A DNA stretch of 54,091 nucleotides from Octopus sinensis (Eukaryota): the NCBI RefSeq assembly GCF_006345805.1, contig NW_021835240.1:1-54091 (forward strand), in the 5' to 3' direction. Below the pieces are notes generated by a model. It was not told the origin of the DNA and made no database searches. It was given only the letters and a program-made list of their open reading frames with translations. This document shows, one piece after another, positions 36,000 to 46,628 of this stretch (its first letter is position 1; each line of letters starts with the position of its first letter). A program made the translations under genes and the position numbers.

Positions 36000-36224
36000 A
36001 TTCCTCATTTTGAGTTATTATACAAACAATATATACTGCCTACAATTGAACACGCATGTGCGTCGTGGATTATGCCACTGTCAATATCCGCACAAAACAA
36101 ACTGGAAGTCGTACAGAACCAGTGCTTACGGATTTTACTGAAACGTGATAAAATGAAGCCGACTTTGGAATTGAGAAATACACTCAACGTCAAAAAACTA
36201 ATGGACCATCTCACAGAAAGATAG
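36000..36224 (+). mobile_element. LINE ORF2 C-terminal fragment
   Basis: LYKQYILPTIEHACASW...KLEVVQNQCLRILL. Confidence 0.75.
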
Positions 36225-36891
36225 GACATCTTCTTAATGATGGCAAGATCTACCGGAAGTCCCCCTGAAGAGGAGTATCTTGCCTCCTTTGTCAAGATAA
36301 TGCGGAGATCAACGTCCCATCATTTTGTGCCAAACGCGTAAAGTCGAATGCGTTTCAATTTGAAGCAAAGAATAATCAGGAGTCGGTTAATTTTATTCAT
36401 CTTGACAAAAGTCGTCTCAACTTATTTTATCGCTTAGATGTCCGAAAGCAGCCTCGGACGATGGACTCACTCGATGAAATATTGGGCGAGACTATACGGC
36501 CTCATAAGTAATTTGAATTATTGTGACTTGTTGAGAAACTCTTCGGTGTTTAGGGTCGAGAGAATAAGACATAACTATGAAGATATTATGTCACATGGGT
36601 GATAAGACCCCTATGGGCAACCTGGCCTTTACGTGTTTCCATGGCAACTACATAGAAAATATTTACTAAAAGGCCAACTAATATAAAGGCAAACGATACG
36701 AACTAATGATTGAACTTTAAATTTTTGAGAAAATGATGTTTTATATTTGAACCATGCTTGCTTTAAAATAGTAAAATTATTTACAACATTAGCAAATTAT
36801 AATGTGAATTATTTTTATTTTTGATAATATAAATTGCAACATTAGCAAATTATAATTTACATCAAATTTTTTGCAAAGTTTGTTACAACTT

Positions 36892-37034
36892 TAACTCTAA
36901 CCTTAACCCAAACCCTAACGCTGGCAAGTGACAACATAAATATATTCAAAATCTAACCCAAACCCTAACGTTGGCAAGTGACAACATAAATATTAAAAAT
37001 CTAACCCTAACCCAAACCCTAACGTAACCCTAAC
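36892..37034 (+). repeat. Telomere-like (CCCTAA/CCCAAA) degenerate repeats within a ~50-bp tandem duplication
   Basis: TAACCCAAACCCTAACG(C/T)TGGCAAGTGACAACATAAATAT occurs twice, followed by CTAACCCTAACCCAAACCCTAACGTAACCCTAA. Confidence 0.8.
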
Positions 37035-37085
37035 TCGAAATTAAATGATGTTTCTGCTGACGATTCTTCAGACATTTTTGACAAA

Positions 37086-37309
37086 CAAGACAAAAATTAC
37101 AGATAGCTAAGTTAGTTAAAGGCCTCACGAGACACCCGACCAGCCGCGCGAATGGCGAAGACGTTCCCTCGGATCACAGCAATCGACAGACGTTCCAGGA
37201 GCCAAGAAAACTCTCTTGGATCGTGACTAGTCCTTGAAATCCGTCGACCGAGCGAGCGAAGGAAGCGGAGTGTCTTGGAGTGTCTTGTCTTTTAAAAAAA
37301 AAAAAAAAA
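37086..37309 (+). mobile_element. SINE-like retroposed insertion (224 bp)
   Basis: A16 tail at 37294-37309; 10-bp TSD TTTTGACAAA (37076-37085 and 37310-37319); the 7113-7809 copy has the empty site. Confidence 0.72.
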
Positions 37310-38598
37310 TTTTGACAAAAATTGGAAGCCTTTTTGGCCAACCGGTGTTTGCTTCGAGCATTCATATCCTCCGGGAATATCCCGATTAACGCTTCTTTAA
37401 TTTGATTGTATTCGTTAATATTTCTGACGTAACCCTTAAACCCAGACATCACAAAGTATGAGTAACCACGCTGTTAAAATTAATATACTTTTGGGTAAGC
37501 CATTTTTAAAAGATAATTCAAATGTAATTTTAAATTAGAATAATTGATTAATCTACACTCTTCCATATATAAATTGCTATATTCAATATTTAATACCTTT
37601 TCTGCGGTTTCCATAGAAACACGTAAAAGGACTGGCTGCCCATAGCGACATAGTCGCCCATGTGACATATTATCTACACTTGTAATTTTACGTTGGTGAA
37701 ACAAACACATACAAATAGATCTCAATAAATTACCGCAATGAAATTTATTAGATCTTGCAGAACCCCGGCTGGAAATCGCTTTACTAGAGAATCAGTCTAG
37801 TGAAATTTAAATGGTTTATCTATTCCTCTCGCTGACCGTTTGGTCGTAGATTAAATACATTTAGACTAAAAACATTTGTAAATATTTTTAAATAAATCAT
37901 TATTCATATCTTTAAGTCGCATGTATTTTTATCAACTTTGGATATTTGTTATTTTGTTGAATCTATTTGATCATAGATATGGATATTTTCGATTATTACG
38001 ATTTTCATAAATATCGTGTCTCAGTAGGACATTGTCTCCTACGACTAAATCTTCATATACACTTTGTTGATTCAAACAATCGTCGTTGTTTTTGAAATAG
38101 TCATTTCTGATTTTACTTAATTCCTCCGTTTCATTTCCTTTGGAGAATAATAACGCTGATTCCGGAATTTGATTATTTCGTCATATGTTCAATCTAAAAT
38201 AATTATGTAACAATCACTTCGATAGTTTGCAGTTTAAAATGCGTAATCACTGGTTTTTGTATTTTACATATTATCCCTTAGTCTTCAAAAATTAACTGTT
38301 CTGATAATTTTTTGTATCTTTTTTAGATTTCTCTAATTGGTTCATAAAAATAAATCTAGTTGAACTTTTTTGATTATCCCAAGTTCATTTTTAGTAAGTT
38401 TAAGCAAAACCATTCCTGAAATATATATTTGATCAATAATACTTATTATTTTTTCAAATAGGAAAACTTAGATAACCAAAACAATTTTGCACACTGGATT
38501 AATTCAAAAAAGACTTTGATAAATTTCCAAAATAATTAAGAGCTCTCAAAAATTTCTACAATTTGCACGTTTTTCTGACATAAGTGAGAGAGAACATA

Positions 38599-40052
38599 CA
38601 GTGGGCGCAAAAAAAATCCGGTTTTTAATTTCTCTATTTTTTTATATTGTGCGATATAATATTTTTTTTTAATCTTAAATTTTAGTGAAAAGTAACTCTT
38701 ATTTTTTATTTTGATTATTTTCATTTTTTTTTTCAAGAATATTTCCAATTTAATTTACAATGGGCAAAAAAAACCCGGTTTTTTTTAAAAAAATGTCAAA
38801 TAATATTTAATATGCCGTCCTTTAGCCATAAAAACATCGTACACACCTTCTCGGCATGCTGTTTATGAGTTTCTGTATTAGATCTTTCGGCATATTTTCC
38901 CAAATTTCGATAATTTTATCTTTCAGCTCATGCATATTTTTTGGAGGATTTTCGTACAATTTACTTTTAATATATGCCCAAAGATGTTCTATTGGATTTA
39001 AATCTGGCGATTGCGGTGCCCAATCCAATAGTTTGACGCTTCTTTCGGCAAAGAAATCTTTCGTGATCTTTGATGTGTGTGGAGGAGCCATGTCTTGTTG
39101 GAATATGAATTCATTCAAGCACATTTTCGCAGCGGACTCCCACAGATTATTTGATAATATGTTCACATAAGTTGCTGAGTTCATAGTTCCATTTATAAAT
39201 ACTAGATTGCCTACTCCATAATACCCGAAACATCCCCACACCATTATTTTTCCCCCTCCAAATTACAAGTTGGAGATAAGTGCGATTTTTCTAGACGTGT
39301 GTTGTTTTTCCTATAACAAAATTCCTTTTTTTGTGATTAAAAATTTCGAAACAGCATTCATCACTAAAATAGTTGATTTCCATGACGTCATATTCAGTGC
39401 GATAAATTTTTTTGACAAGGAATATCGTTTTTCGATATTAATTTAGACAGATACGGTTTTTTTTGACACACACGTGAATATATTTCCTTTTGTTTCATAA
39501 TTCCCAATTGTTCGTTTTGAGACGATTTTCCTGTCAAAGAATGAAGATCCTTTGACAGGCAACGGGAAGATTTTTTCGGATTGTCAGAAACAAGCGTCAA
39601 TAAAGTATTTATATCATCATTATTTAATGTCCTAGGTCTTCCAGAACCGGACAGTCTCTGTGTTGTTCCATTTTTTGTATTTACGTATGTAATCTCCCAC
39701 TGTTGATCTGGGAATTTCTACTTCTTCTGAAATTTGTTTATATGTCCAATTAAGGAAATAAAGTTGAATAATTTGTCCTTTCACAATTTCTGAAATACAC
39801 GACATCCAACAACAACAAAAATGACAACAATTTCAAATTTTTGAGAATAAAAGACTCAATAATTAAAAAAACCGAGTTTTTTTTGCGCATTTAAAATTAA
39901 ATTCAAGATATCTCTATGAAAAATAAAAATACTTAAAATTAAAAACATACTCGATTTACATTTCAAAATGATACTAAATTAAAAAAAATAATATAAAATT
40001 TATATTGAAAAATTCGAAAAATAAGAAAACCGGATTTTTTTTGCGCCCACTG
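38599..40052 (-). mobile_element. Full-length Tc1 transposon (DD34E, IR/DR-like ends), frameshifted transposase at about 38800-39805
   Basis: TA TSDs; 27-bp TIR CAGTGGGCGCAAAAAAAATCCGGTTTT; inner TIR-like repeats near 38760 and 39866; IFSDE, FQQDMAPPH and SPDLNPIE with 34 residues between D and E. Confidence 0.95.
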
Positions 40053-40290
40053 TACATACAAAACTCTCAAAAGCACGATTGTTTCTTACAGGAACAGAGA
40101 ATTGAACCAAAGAAGACTTTTGAACTAGAAAAAAGAATATAAGAGAATCATCACCAAATAGTTATGGCACAACTTTGCCAGTACTTGTCATTACTTTGAA
40201 AGGAAAGAGTCGGGCTTGCCCATCTAAATCATATGCGAATAGCAAAAGTTACAAATAGATGGGAAAAATTATTTAAAGTTTAAAGCACAA

Positions 40291-41145
40291 ATGATTTATA
40301 TATCGAGACTATTACCAAATGGGGGCCCTCAGGGTTCTCCACTATCTCCACTTTTATTCAATCTCATGATGAACGACATACCACAGCCAGAAGGGGACAA
40401 CGATCTGTTATTACTATATGCAGACGATATTATCGTCGCATCAAGGGACGTGAGCATAATAAAAGCAACGGATAGAATATAGGATAACCTCAACAAGCTG
40501 ATTTCATGGCTATATAAAAACGAACTGGAGGCAAGTCCGGAAAAATCTATTTTGACTCTGTTTACGAAAAACAGAAGGCTTGGGAAAGTCTCAATTGAAG
40601 CGAAGTTAGACGGGGAAATTATACCGCAGAGCAAAACCCAGAAGATTCTTGGAGTTACATTCGACACCTTTCTAACCTTTTCAACCCACGTCGAAAATGT
40701 AGTTATGGCGGGTGCAAGAAAGGTTAACTTCCTGAATGCCTTCCTGAAGAACGCAGGAGAATGCAAAGGCCTATATGGCCTAAACAACATATATAATCAA
40801 TACTTGGAACCTACGATCGGCTATGCGTGTGGAATCTGGGGAACAAACTTAAGTGCAAACAATCAATCAAAAATCGACAAAATTCGGTTGAAAGCGGCAA
40901 ACCTGCTAAATACTTTCTCCGATAAAGAGATTATCCCAAAAGCCTGGAACAACATCATAAAGTCATCTGTAATCCATCTACGAGAGGTTCGTCCTGAAAA
41001 TCCTCGTCCGTACCGAAAATGCGTCGGGACAACGGCGGAACATCGGGAGAGGCTGCGCGAACTGCTGAGGGAGGCTGGGATCACCTGAATTCTTCTTTCT
41101 TTTGGCTATGACGGTGGTTTTCTGGTTCAATAAATAAATTTATAG
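40291..41145 (+). mobile_element. 5'-truncated LINE (RT to 3' end)
   Basis: GPQGSPLSPLLFN, LYADD, ASPEKS, KILGVTFD and YNQYLEPTIGYACGIW, followed by an AATAAATAAA-type tail. Confidence 0.85.
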
Positions 41146-41422
41146 ATTGTAAAGAGTAATTTCTTTTACTCAACCATACTTCTCAATAAATTTACAAGTA
41201 AGACCAATATAGATAAGTGTAGATTAAACAAATATTTATGCACGCTACACTCATATCATGTAACGGTAGGAGGCTAGCTAGTACTCAGGCAGAAATTTCT
41301 TTATTAATTATACCGAATTTTTGAATAGTTGATTATAATATTATACTTTTAATTAATTTATTAAACAAATTTAAATCTCGATCTATTGTTTTAAAACTAG
41401 TTCAATGTGCAAAATATCTAAC

Positions 41423-42012
41423 ATGGAAGATTTACCAGATATAATTAACTTTGCAAATTGTAACCTCATTTAATCATAATTTTCTAGCTGGGCCTCAACA
41501 GGAAATCGGTCCACCTATTCGGATGACACGACGCCGCAACAAAAAACAACCAAAAATAATAACAAAGCATTTTACCAGCAAAGTAAAGAATGATCTCAAA
41601 TTTGGTCGTCAAGACATTCCACGTCAGGTAACCACAACTATCTTTAAACAGATGTTCTGGCAAAAAAGATTACAAAACTACTTTCCGTCCGATGAGCAAT
41701 TTGGTCAAAAAATCAAATCCTGTCTTCCCGATGCGTTTGTTTGCACAGACTCAGGTCCCTCAGTCATGACATTGGCAGTGAGTGGAGCTCTCCAGAGTGT
41801 GGTGCACTGCCTTCACGAGGAACGCCACCATTTGGTTGGTCAACGGAATAATGGCGGAGATCTCTACGTCGATCCTGATCAGCCTTTGATTGCTGTTTGT
41901 GGGTTGAGTGAGGTCATAGAACTTTAATGTGACTGACGAGGACGTGGATGCTCAGCTCGAATATGTCAACTCCATCAGAGGAAAACTTGCTGGGTTTACA
42001 CGCAATTCGTGA
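41423..42012 (+). CDS. MBD2/3: MBD2/3-like NuRD subunit (170 aa), lacking a visible methyl-CpG-binding domain
   Basis: Introns 41460-41487 (28 nt), 41628-41651 (24 nt) and 41895-41919 (25 nt); spliced PIRMT...KQPKIITKHFTSKVKND...PRQMFWQKRL...QPLIANFNVTDEDVDAQLEYVNSIRGKL matches the MBDa and MBD_C regions. An in-frame upstream ATG lies at 41405. Confidence 0.85.
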
Positions 42013-42379
42013 TGAAACTACTTTTTTGACAATTCTCATTTTTAGTGCGCTTTTAGGCGATAATAGTGAGATATTAGAGAATTCTTTTTTGTTTGGATTT
42101 TGGTAGGTTTGAAGAATTTGCTTTTGACATTGGTGATCCACTTCTTTATCAACCACGACTGTTTTTCTTATTTTTTTACCCACATAAGTAACAGCCAGTC
42201 ATTTTGGGTGATTTGAGAGTTGATTTTGTGAAAAGCAAACGGTGGGTCTGGCGGGCGACGTTTGATGGGATACGCAGTTTTTCAATTATATAAAAATAGA
42301 GCTTTTGAAAAGTTATAAAACTCTTTGTAAATATAGATTTGCTAGAAAAGTTTAAATAGCAATGCTTTTCTAAATTCAG

Positions 42380-42580
42380 ACCGTCTGAACGGGCTGAAAA
42401 GAGAAAGAGTGTTTTCCCCCTGGCTGTTGAGACGTCAGGAATACAGGGGCCTTCTACTCGGAGCCTACTCCTGCAGATTGGCTCACTAATCGAAATGGTT
42501 ACTGGCGACCCGTGTGAGCACCGGTATTTAACCGAGCGAATAGCCATAGTCAGAGGGAATACTCTGGCTATCTGCCAATG
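42380..42580 (+). mobile_element. CRE-like RLE C-terminal fragment
   Basis: FPLAVETSGIQGP...VTGDPCEHRYLTERIAIVRGN matches P.AVET.G..G / TGD / QRISIA.QRGN. Confidence 0.75.
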
Positions 42581-43225
42581 ACCAGTTTTCTCTTGTCCTT
42601 TTATTCATAAAATTAAAGTAAAAAATTCAGACGTTGTTTTTGAAATCAAAATATCACATTTGTAGTTGAACTCAGATATCATTTGTAGAGTTTTAGAACC
42701 TTCATGCAAAGTGACACTAAATAATACTTATTTTGTTGTAGTCACCACTAGATTGTGTTGAACGACTAAAAATTTACTTTGCTAATTGAATATTTATGTG
42801 GAATGTCTTTAAAACACCCAATTATGACAGCTTGTGTCTGCTAGTCGCCCTTTGTGCAATTCTATCGTTGCATATGTAAATCTTATCATTACTCACAAAT
42901 CGTGATAAATGTACTTTTTCATAAAAAATTCTGACTTTTTGTACTTTTTCTAACTCAAATATTTAAAAAAGAAGTCTTTTTGAAGGGGACTTGCATCGGT
43001 TTCTTTCAGGAGTGAACTGATACTCTTTTAGTCCTTGAAAAGTTTTAAAAGACAGTCAGCAGTATGCTTATGGAGGTCGGAAATCCTGCAAGTGATAAAA
43101 ATACTGCACTTGGCTATAATTGCAGGTTTTTTCCCTCGAAGTATACAATTCTCGAGAATATGGATGTTGAGTTTTCAAAGATATTCAAAGAAAATAAATT
43201 ATTCACACACAAGAAATAAGAACAG

Positions 43226-43445
43226 TTAATAGAGCCTCTTGGTTTCTCTCTCGCACTCCAAGAGAGCAATCACGTCTCCCAAACGCACAGGGCCCTTGAC
43301 ATTCCTGATTATACTACGGTGGGCAGTGTTCATCAGGGTGACTCGCACTTGAGTGCACTGACCCTGCGAGCCTACTCTTCCAGTACTTTGGTCACCTTCT
43401 ATATTACTTAGTCATCACCTGTCCTAATGCAGCAGGGGCATCCAT
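43226..43445 (-). CDS. RPS28: 40S ribosomal protein S28 (one 23-nt intron; one apparent 1-bp deletion)
   Basis: MDAPAALGQ, intron 43396-43418, then VTKVL(G)[13 protein letters not shown]...[30 protein letters not shown]; needs one extra G near 43381. Confidence 0.92.
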
Positions 43446-43659
43446 CACAACAATACTTAACGTGACTATATTTATTACAAATATTTAATAATAAGAACAT
43501 ATAAACAAATAATAGAAAAAGAATAAAGTAAGACTACTACATGAAGTAACGTTTGGGGACTTGTATATATTGCAGTATGCGTGGGGAGGGAGTGAAGTGT
43601 GATGGGGAAGAGGAAGGACACTTGTTGTGAGAGTATAGTCAGGCGGACACATCGACAGT

Positions 43660-44160
43660 CTGATTACAGTGTCGGCAGTGTTGTGGAGTGTGACAGTGTG
43701 GGCAGACTGATGTGGAATGTGGACATCCCAGAGAACAAAAGGAATCTCGTCTCCTCTGTCTCCATGAGAGTACGGTATGCCCTGATTTCCGTGTCGAGTC
43801 TGCTTGTCGAGGATGTCCTTGTATATTCCCTTCCTACTCCTCACTTACCTGTCAAACATGGCTGTCTCTCATTGTTTGAAGGGAGTTCTCCGCCTCTATC
43901 TCCCCAATGTCTCCTTCTCCAACTGATCACGTGCCACACTCAATTGCTTTTCCACACTCTCCAAGTCTCGCTTTAACTTCACATCCTCACACGCCTCCTC
44001 CAGGGCTAACGACAGGCTCTCCATTTGTACAGTCTTGTGACCCAACTGACTGCTCAGACTCCCATACAGCTTCCTCAGTCTGGACACATCGCACTCACTC
44101 GCCTCCAGTCTGCAATGTCACTCCACCCTCACTTTCCTCGCAGTTCCTCCTCCTCCGCCA
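43660..44160 (-). pseudogene. Intermediate-filament (lamin-like) gene fragment, frameshifted and internally deleted
   Basis: 23-nt intron; LEKETLGR(I)EAENSLQTMRD (coil 1B end) and YKDILDKQ..RLDTEIRAYRTLMETEETR (IF consensus LD.EI..YR.LLEGEE.R); coil 1A and most of coil 2 are absent. Confidence 0.72.
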
Positions 44161-44369
44161 TCACTCGAAAAAAATTTTTTCGTCTGCGGAAAAATTTAGT
44201 AAAGAAAATAATCAAAAGTTAGATGCTAGGGTAGGTAATTGAGATCCAAGTATCTTTTTAGTTACTTACGTTGTCTGTTTTTTATTAAATTACAAAAAAG
44301 TCTAATCGTCCAATTTTCATCAATTCTTTTTTTCACAAAAATTGTCGATAATGCTTGTCCGAATCTTGC

Positions 44370-44990
44370 GATCTTCGGCCAGCCTCAAAACGTGTCCATG
44401 GTCGACAGCTGACAGAGCGAGAACGTGTCCGAGCAAGTGGAGTCCCAAATAAGCGATTTCCCCTGCTTGTAGGATAGGGTGGTCATGCCGTCTCCTCTAT
44501 CTAGCCCAATCGACTCGAGGATTGACGGGACACCCGGGAAAGCGAGGGCTCTCTGAATGATTGCGTTGAGTTCACTATGGCGAAAGGCACAACCGGCACT
44601 CCGACGGCAAGCAAGCGGGTGCAAACCGTACTCGTCAACAGTTCTTTACAGCGGCATTTGTGCGCTTGAAAAATCTTCAGTCCGACACGGAGGAAGATTG
44701 CGATTCTTAAGCAATCGCTTTCCACCCGATTCCGATTGAAGGGAGAGGGAAAATCTTTAACCAAGCACCGCTGTTTTGGCAACGACCTGCACGTAAGCAT
44801 GCAAGTCGGTGTTGGTTGGAGACGGAGGCCAGGGCTTCGCAAGTCGCCTGACAAGAGATCTGCCGCTGAATAGATGTAGAATTGGGCAGCCTCGGACCAA
44901 ACCGGGCAGCCAAGAATCTTCAGTCTGAGAGAAAATGGGAAGCAGAGTGAGCGGATAGGAATGCCGGAAGGACCAGCAAAGGGTCAAACG
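44370..44990 (-). mobile_element. CRE-like non-LTR fragment (post-RT to RLE)
   Basis: SGAWL, RIAIFLRVG, CRC..H.LAC, RHSELNAIIQRAL and GMTTLSYKQGKSLIWDSTCSDT. Confidence 0.85.
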
Positions 44991-45114
44991 CCTTTAAAAA
45001 ATTTAAGTTAAGAAAGATAATTCTCCTGTAGATGAGTGAGGTTTTAATTGTACAAAACACGACCTTTCTTATGTATTTTATCCGCTCTTTGTTGTCATCC
45101 AAAATTATAATCTT

Positions 45115-45826
45115 TTAAAGGCTCCTGGTGATCGTCTGATTTAATCGTTCAACAATTCCCTGACTCTGAAGATTGTTTGTTCTTCCAACTTGTTGGACAC
45201 AAAACTCTTCACATATTTTTGCCACATAAAAATTTTTGAATTCTGTACAGTTGTCTAATTGGAGAAATTTGCAGGGACCAAAATCCATAAAAATGTCATT
45301 TAAACTAGTCGCCACGTCTACTTTTATTTTCAAGATTCCTTGTAAACGCATATGCTGAATATACGTCTATTGTAGACACTCATTTTTAAATCTACAAAAT
45401 GAGCTAATTTTATACAGTTTAAAATCAATTAAATTTACTTGAAACCTTTCATTAGGTAAATCAGCGACAATATGAATTAAATCATTATATTGTTTTAGTG
45501 GAACTGAAAATTTGCACATATTGCATTCTTTAACAACTTGCAAATGATCAGTCTTTTCAATATGAACAATCTTCGTTTACATAAGGCCTCACGAACCTCA
45601 CGTGCAATTATTTTCATCTCTTCTAAGCTCGTGGAAGCAATTACGAGTTTGGTAAGCCGTTTACATTTTTAGGATATAGTTTCCCCTCTCTAATTAGGAA
45701 TTTTTCTGCATTCTTTTTGATTCGATACTTCTTGTATTTTTGAAGATCGACTTTTCCATTATTGATTATAGATCTCAGGAAACTATATTCGTCTTGATCT
45801 TTTACAAACAAACGCTGGACCGACAT
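45115..45826 (-). mobile_element. Degraded Ginger-like integrase (another family member)
   Basis: N-terminus similar to G1; VVKECNMC, PNERFQVNLIDF, LQLDNCTEF and QSQGIVERLNQTI. Confidence 0.8.
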
Positions 45827-46628
45827 GACAAAGTAAAGACAAAGTTATGCTTGCGTGGATAATATTTTATCTGGGTGAGTACAGTATGCCGGCAAAAAAT
45901 TATTTACATCTTTATGAAATAAATCAAAATAACGTCAAGAGTAATTCAAATTTATAAAAAATATGATGATGCTTTTTTATATTCATCAATTAAACTGACA
46001 GGCGATTGACAAATTGATGATAAATGTCAAAGTCGCTTGTTGGGCTCGCAACAGAAAACAACAATTAAATACTGCAATTTTAGTTAAATTTTTTTTTGCA
46101 ATAATTTGATAGGATATAAATGTCGATATTTATGTGCGTCATTAATGGGAATACGATAATCTAAACCGACCTGAGAGAATACCGCAAAATATATTCATAC
46201 AAAATTTTGATGAAAAATACTTCTATCTTAATATTATAACTAATAATTTTCGAAAAGAGTAAATCAATTTTGGTAGTAATGTCCAGATTGAACTGGGACT
46301 GGATTTGTTTACAAATGGAAAATTCACAATTTTGTTAAAAATAACTTAAGGGCGGTTCTAGACCGCAAAAATATTTCTTTGATCAATTTAATTGTTTTCA
46401 TTAGCTGTTTTTTGATTAAAAAATAAATATACCAAAGTGATTTATAATATATTTTTAACACTCAATGAATAAATAAATTTTAATTTGTTTTTATTATATC
46501 AAAATTAATATAAAAGATCAAATATAATAATTTTTTTCTACTGGTAGACAAGAATTTAACTACATTATTAATGACATTGAAAACTATCTCGCATTAGTTG
46601 ATATTTGATAAGTATATTCTAGTTTCGT

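Larger units (their letters stand above)
36589..37667 (-). mobile_element. Ginger2/TDD-like family G2 element with both ends (non-autonomous)
   Basis: Imperfect TIRs TGTCACATGGG...CTATGGGCA.CC; 5-bp TSD TATTA (36584-36588 and 37668-37672); integrase N-terminus at about 37310-37452. Confidence 0.8.

Noticed and set aside
37900-38560. Possible integrase C-terminal relic on minus (DLVVGDNVLLRHD...RK)
   Set aside because: Too degraded to support beyond one short motif.
42040-42290. Possible 3' end of a minus-strand host gene with a 21-nt intron
   Set aside because: No acceptor or start upstream and no recognisable family; insufficient support.
42990-43220. Possible small + strand gene convergent with RPS28
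   Set aside because: Exon frames could not be made consistent and no motif was recognised.
43375-43385. RPS28 frameshift as programmed frameshifting or pseudogenisation
   Set aside because: A single missing G in a short G run matches the 1-bp indel pattern seen between duplicated copies across the window; consensus error is the simplest explanation.
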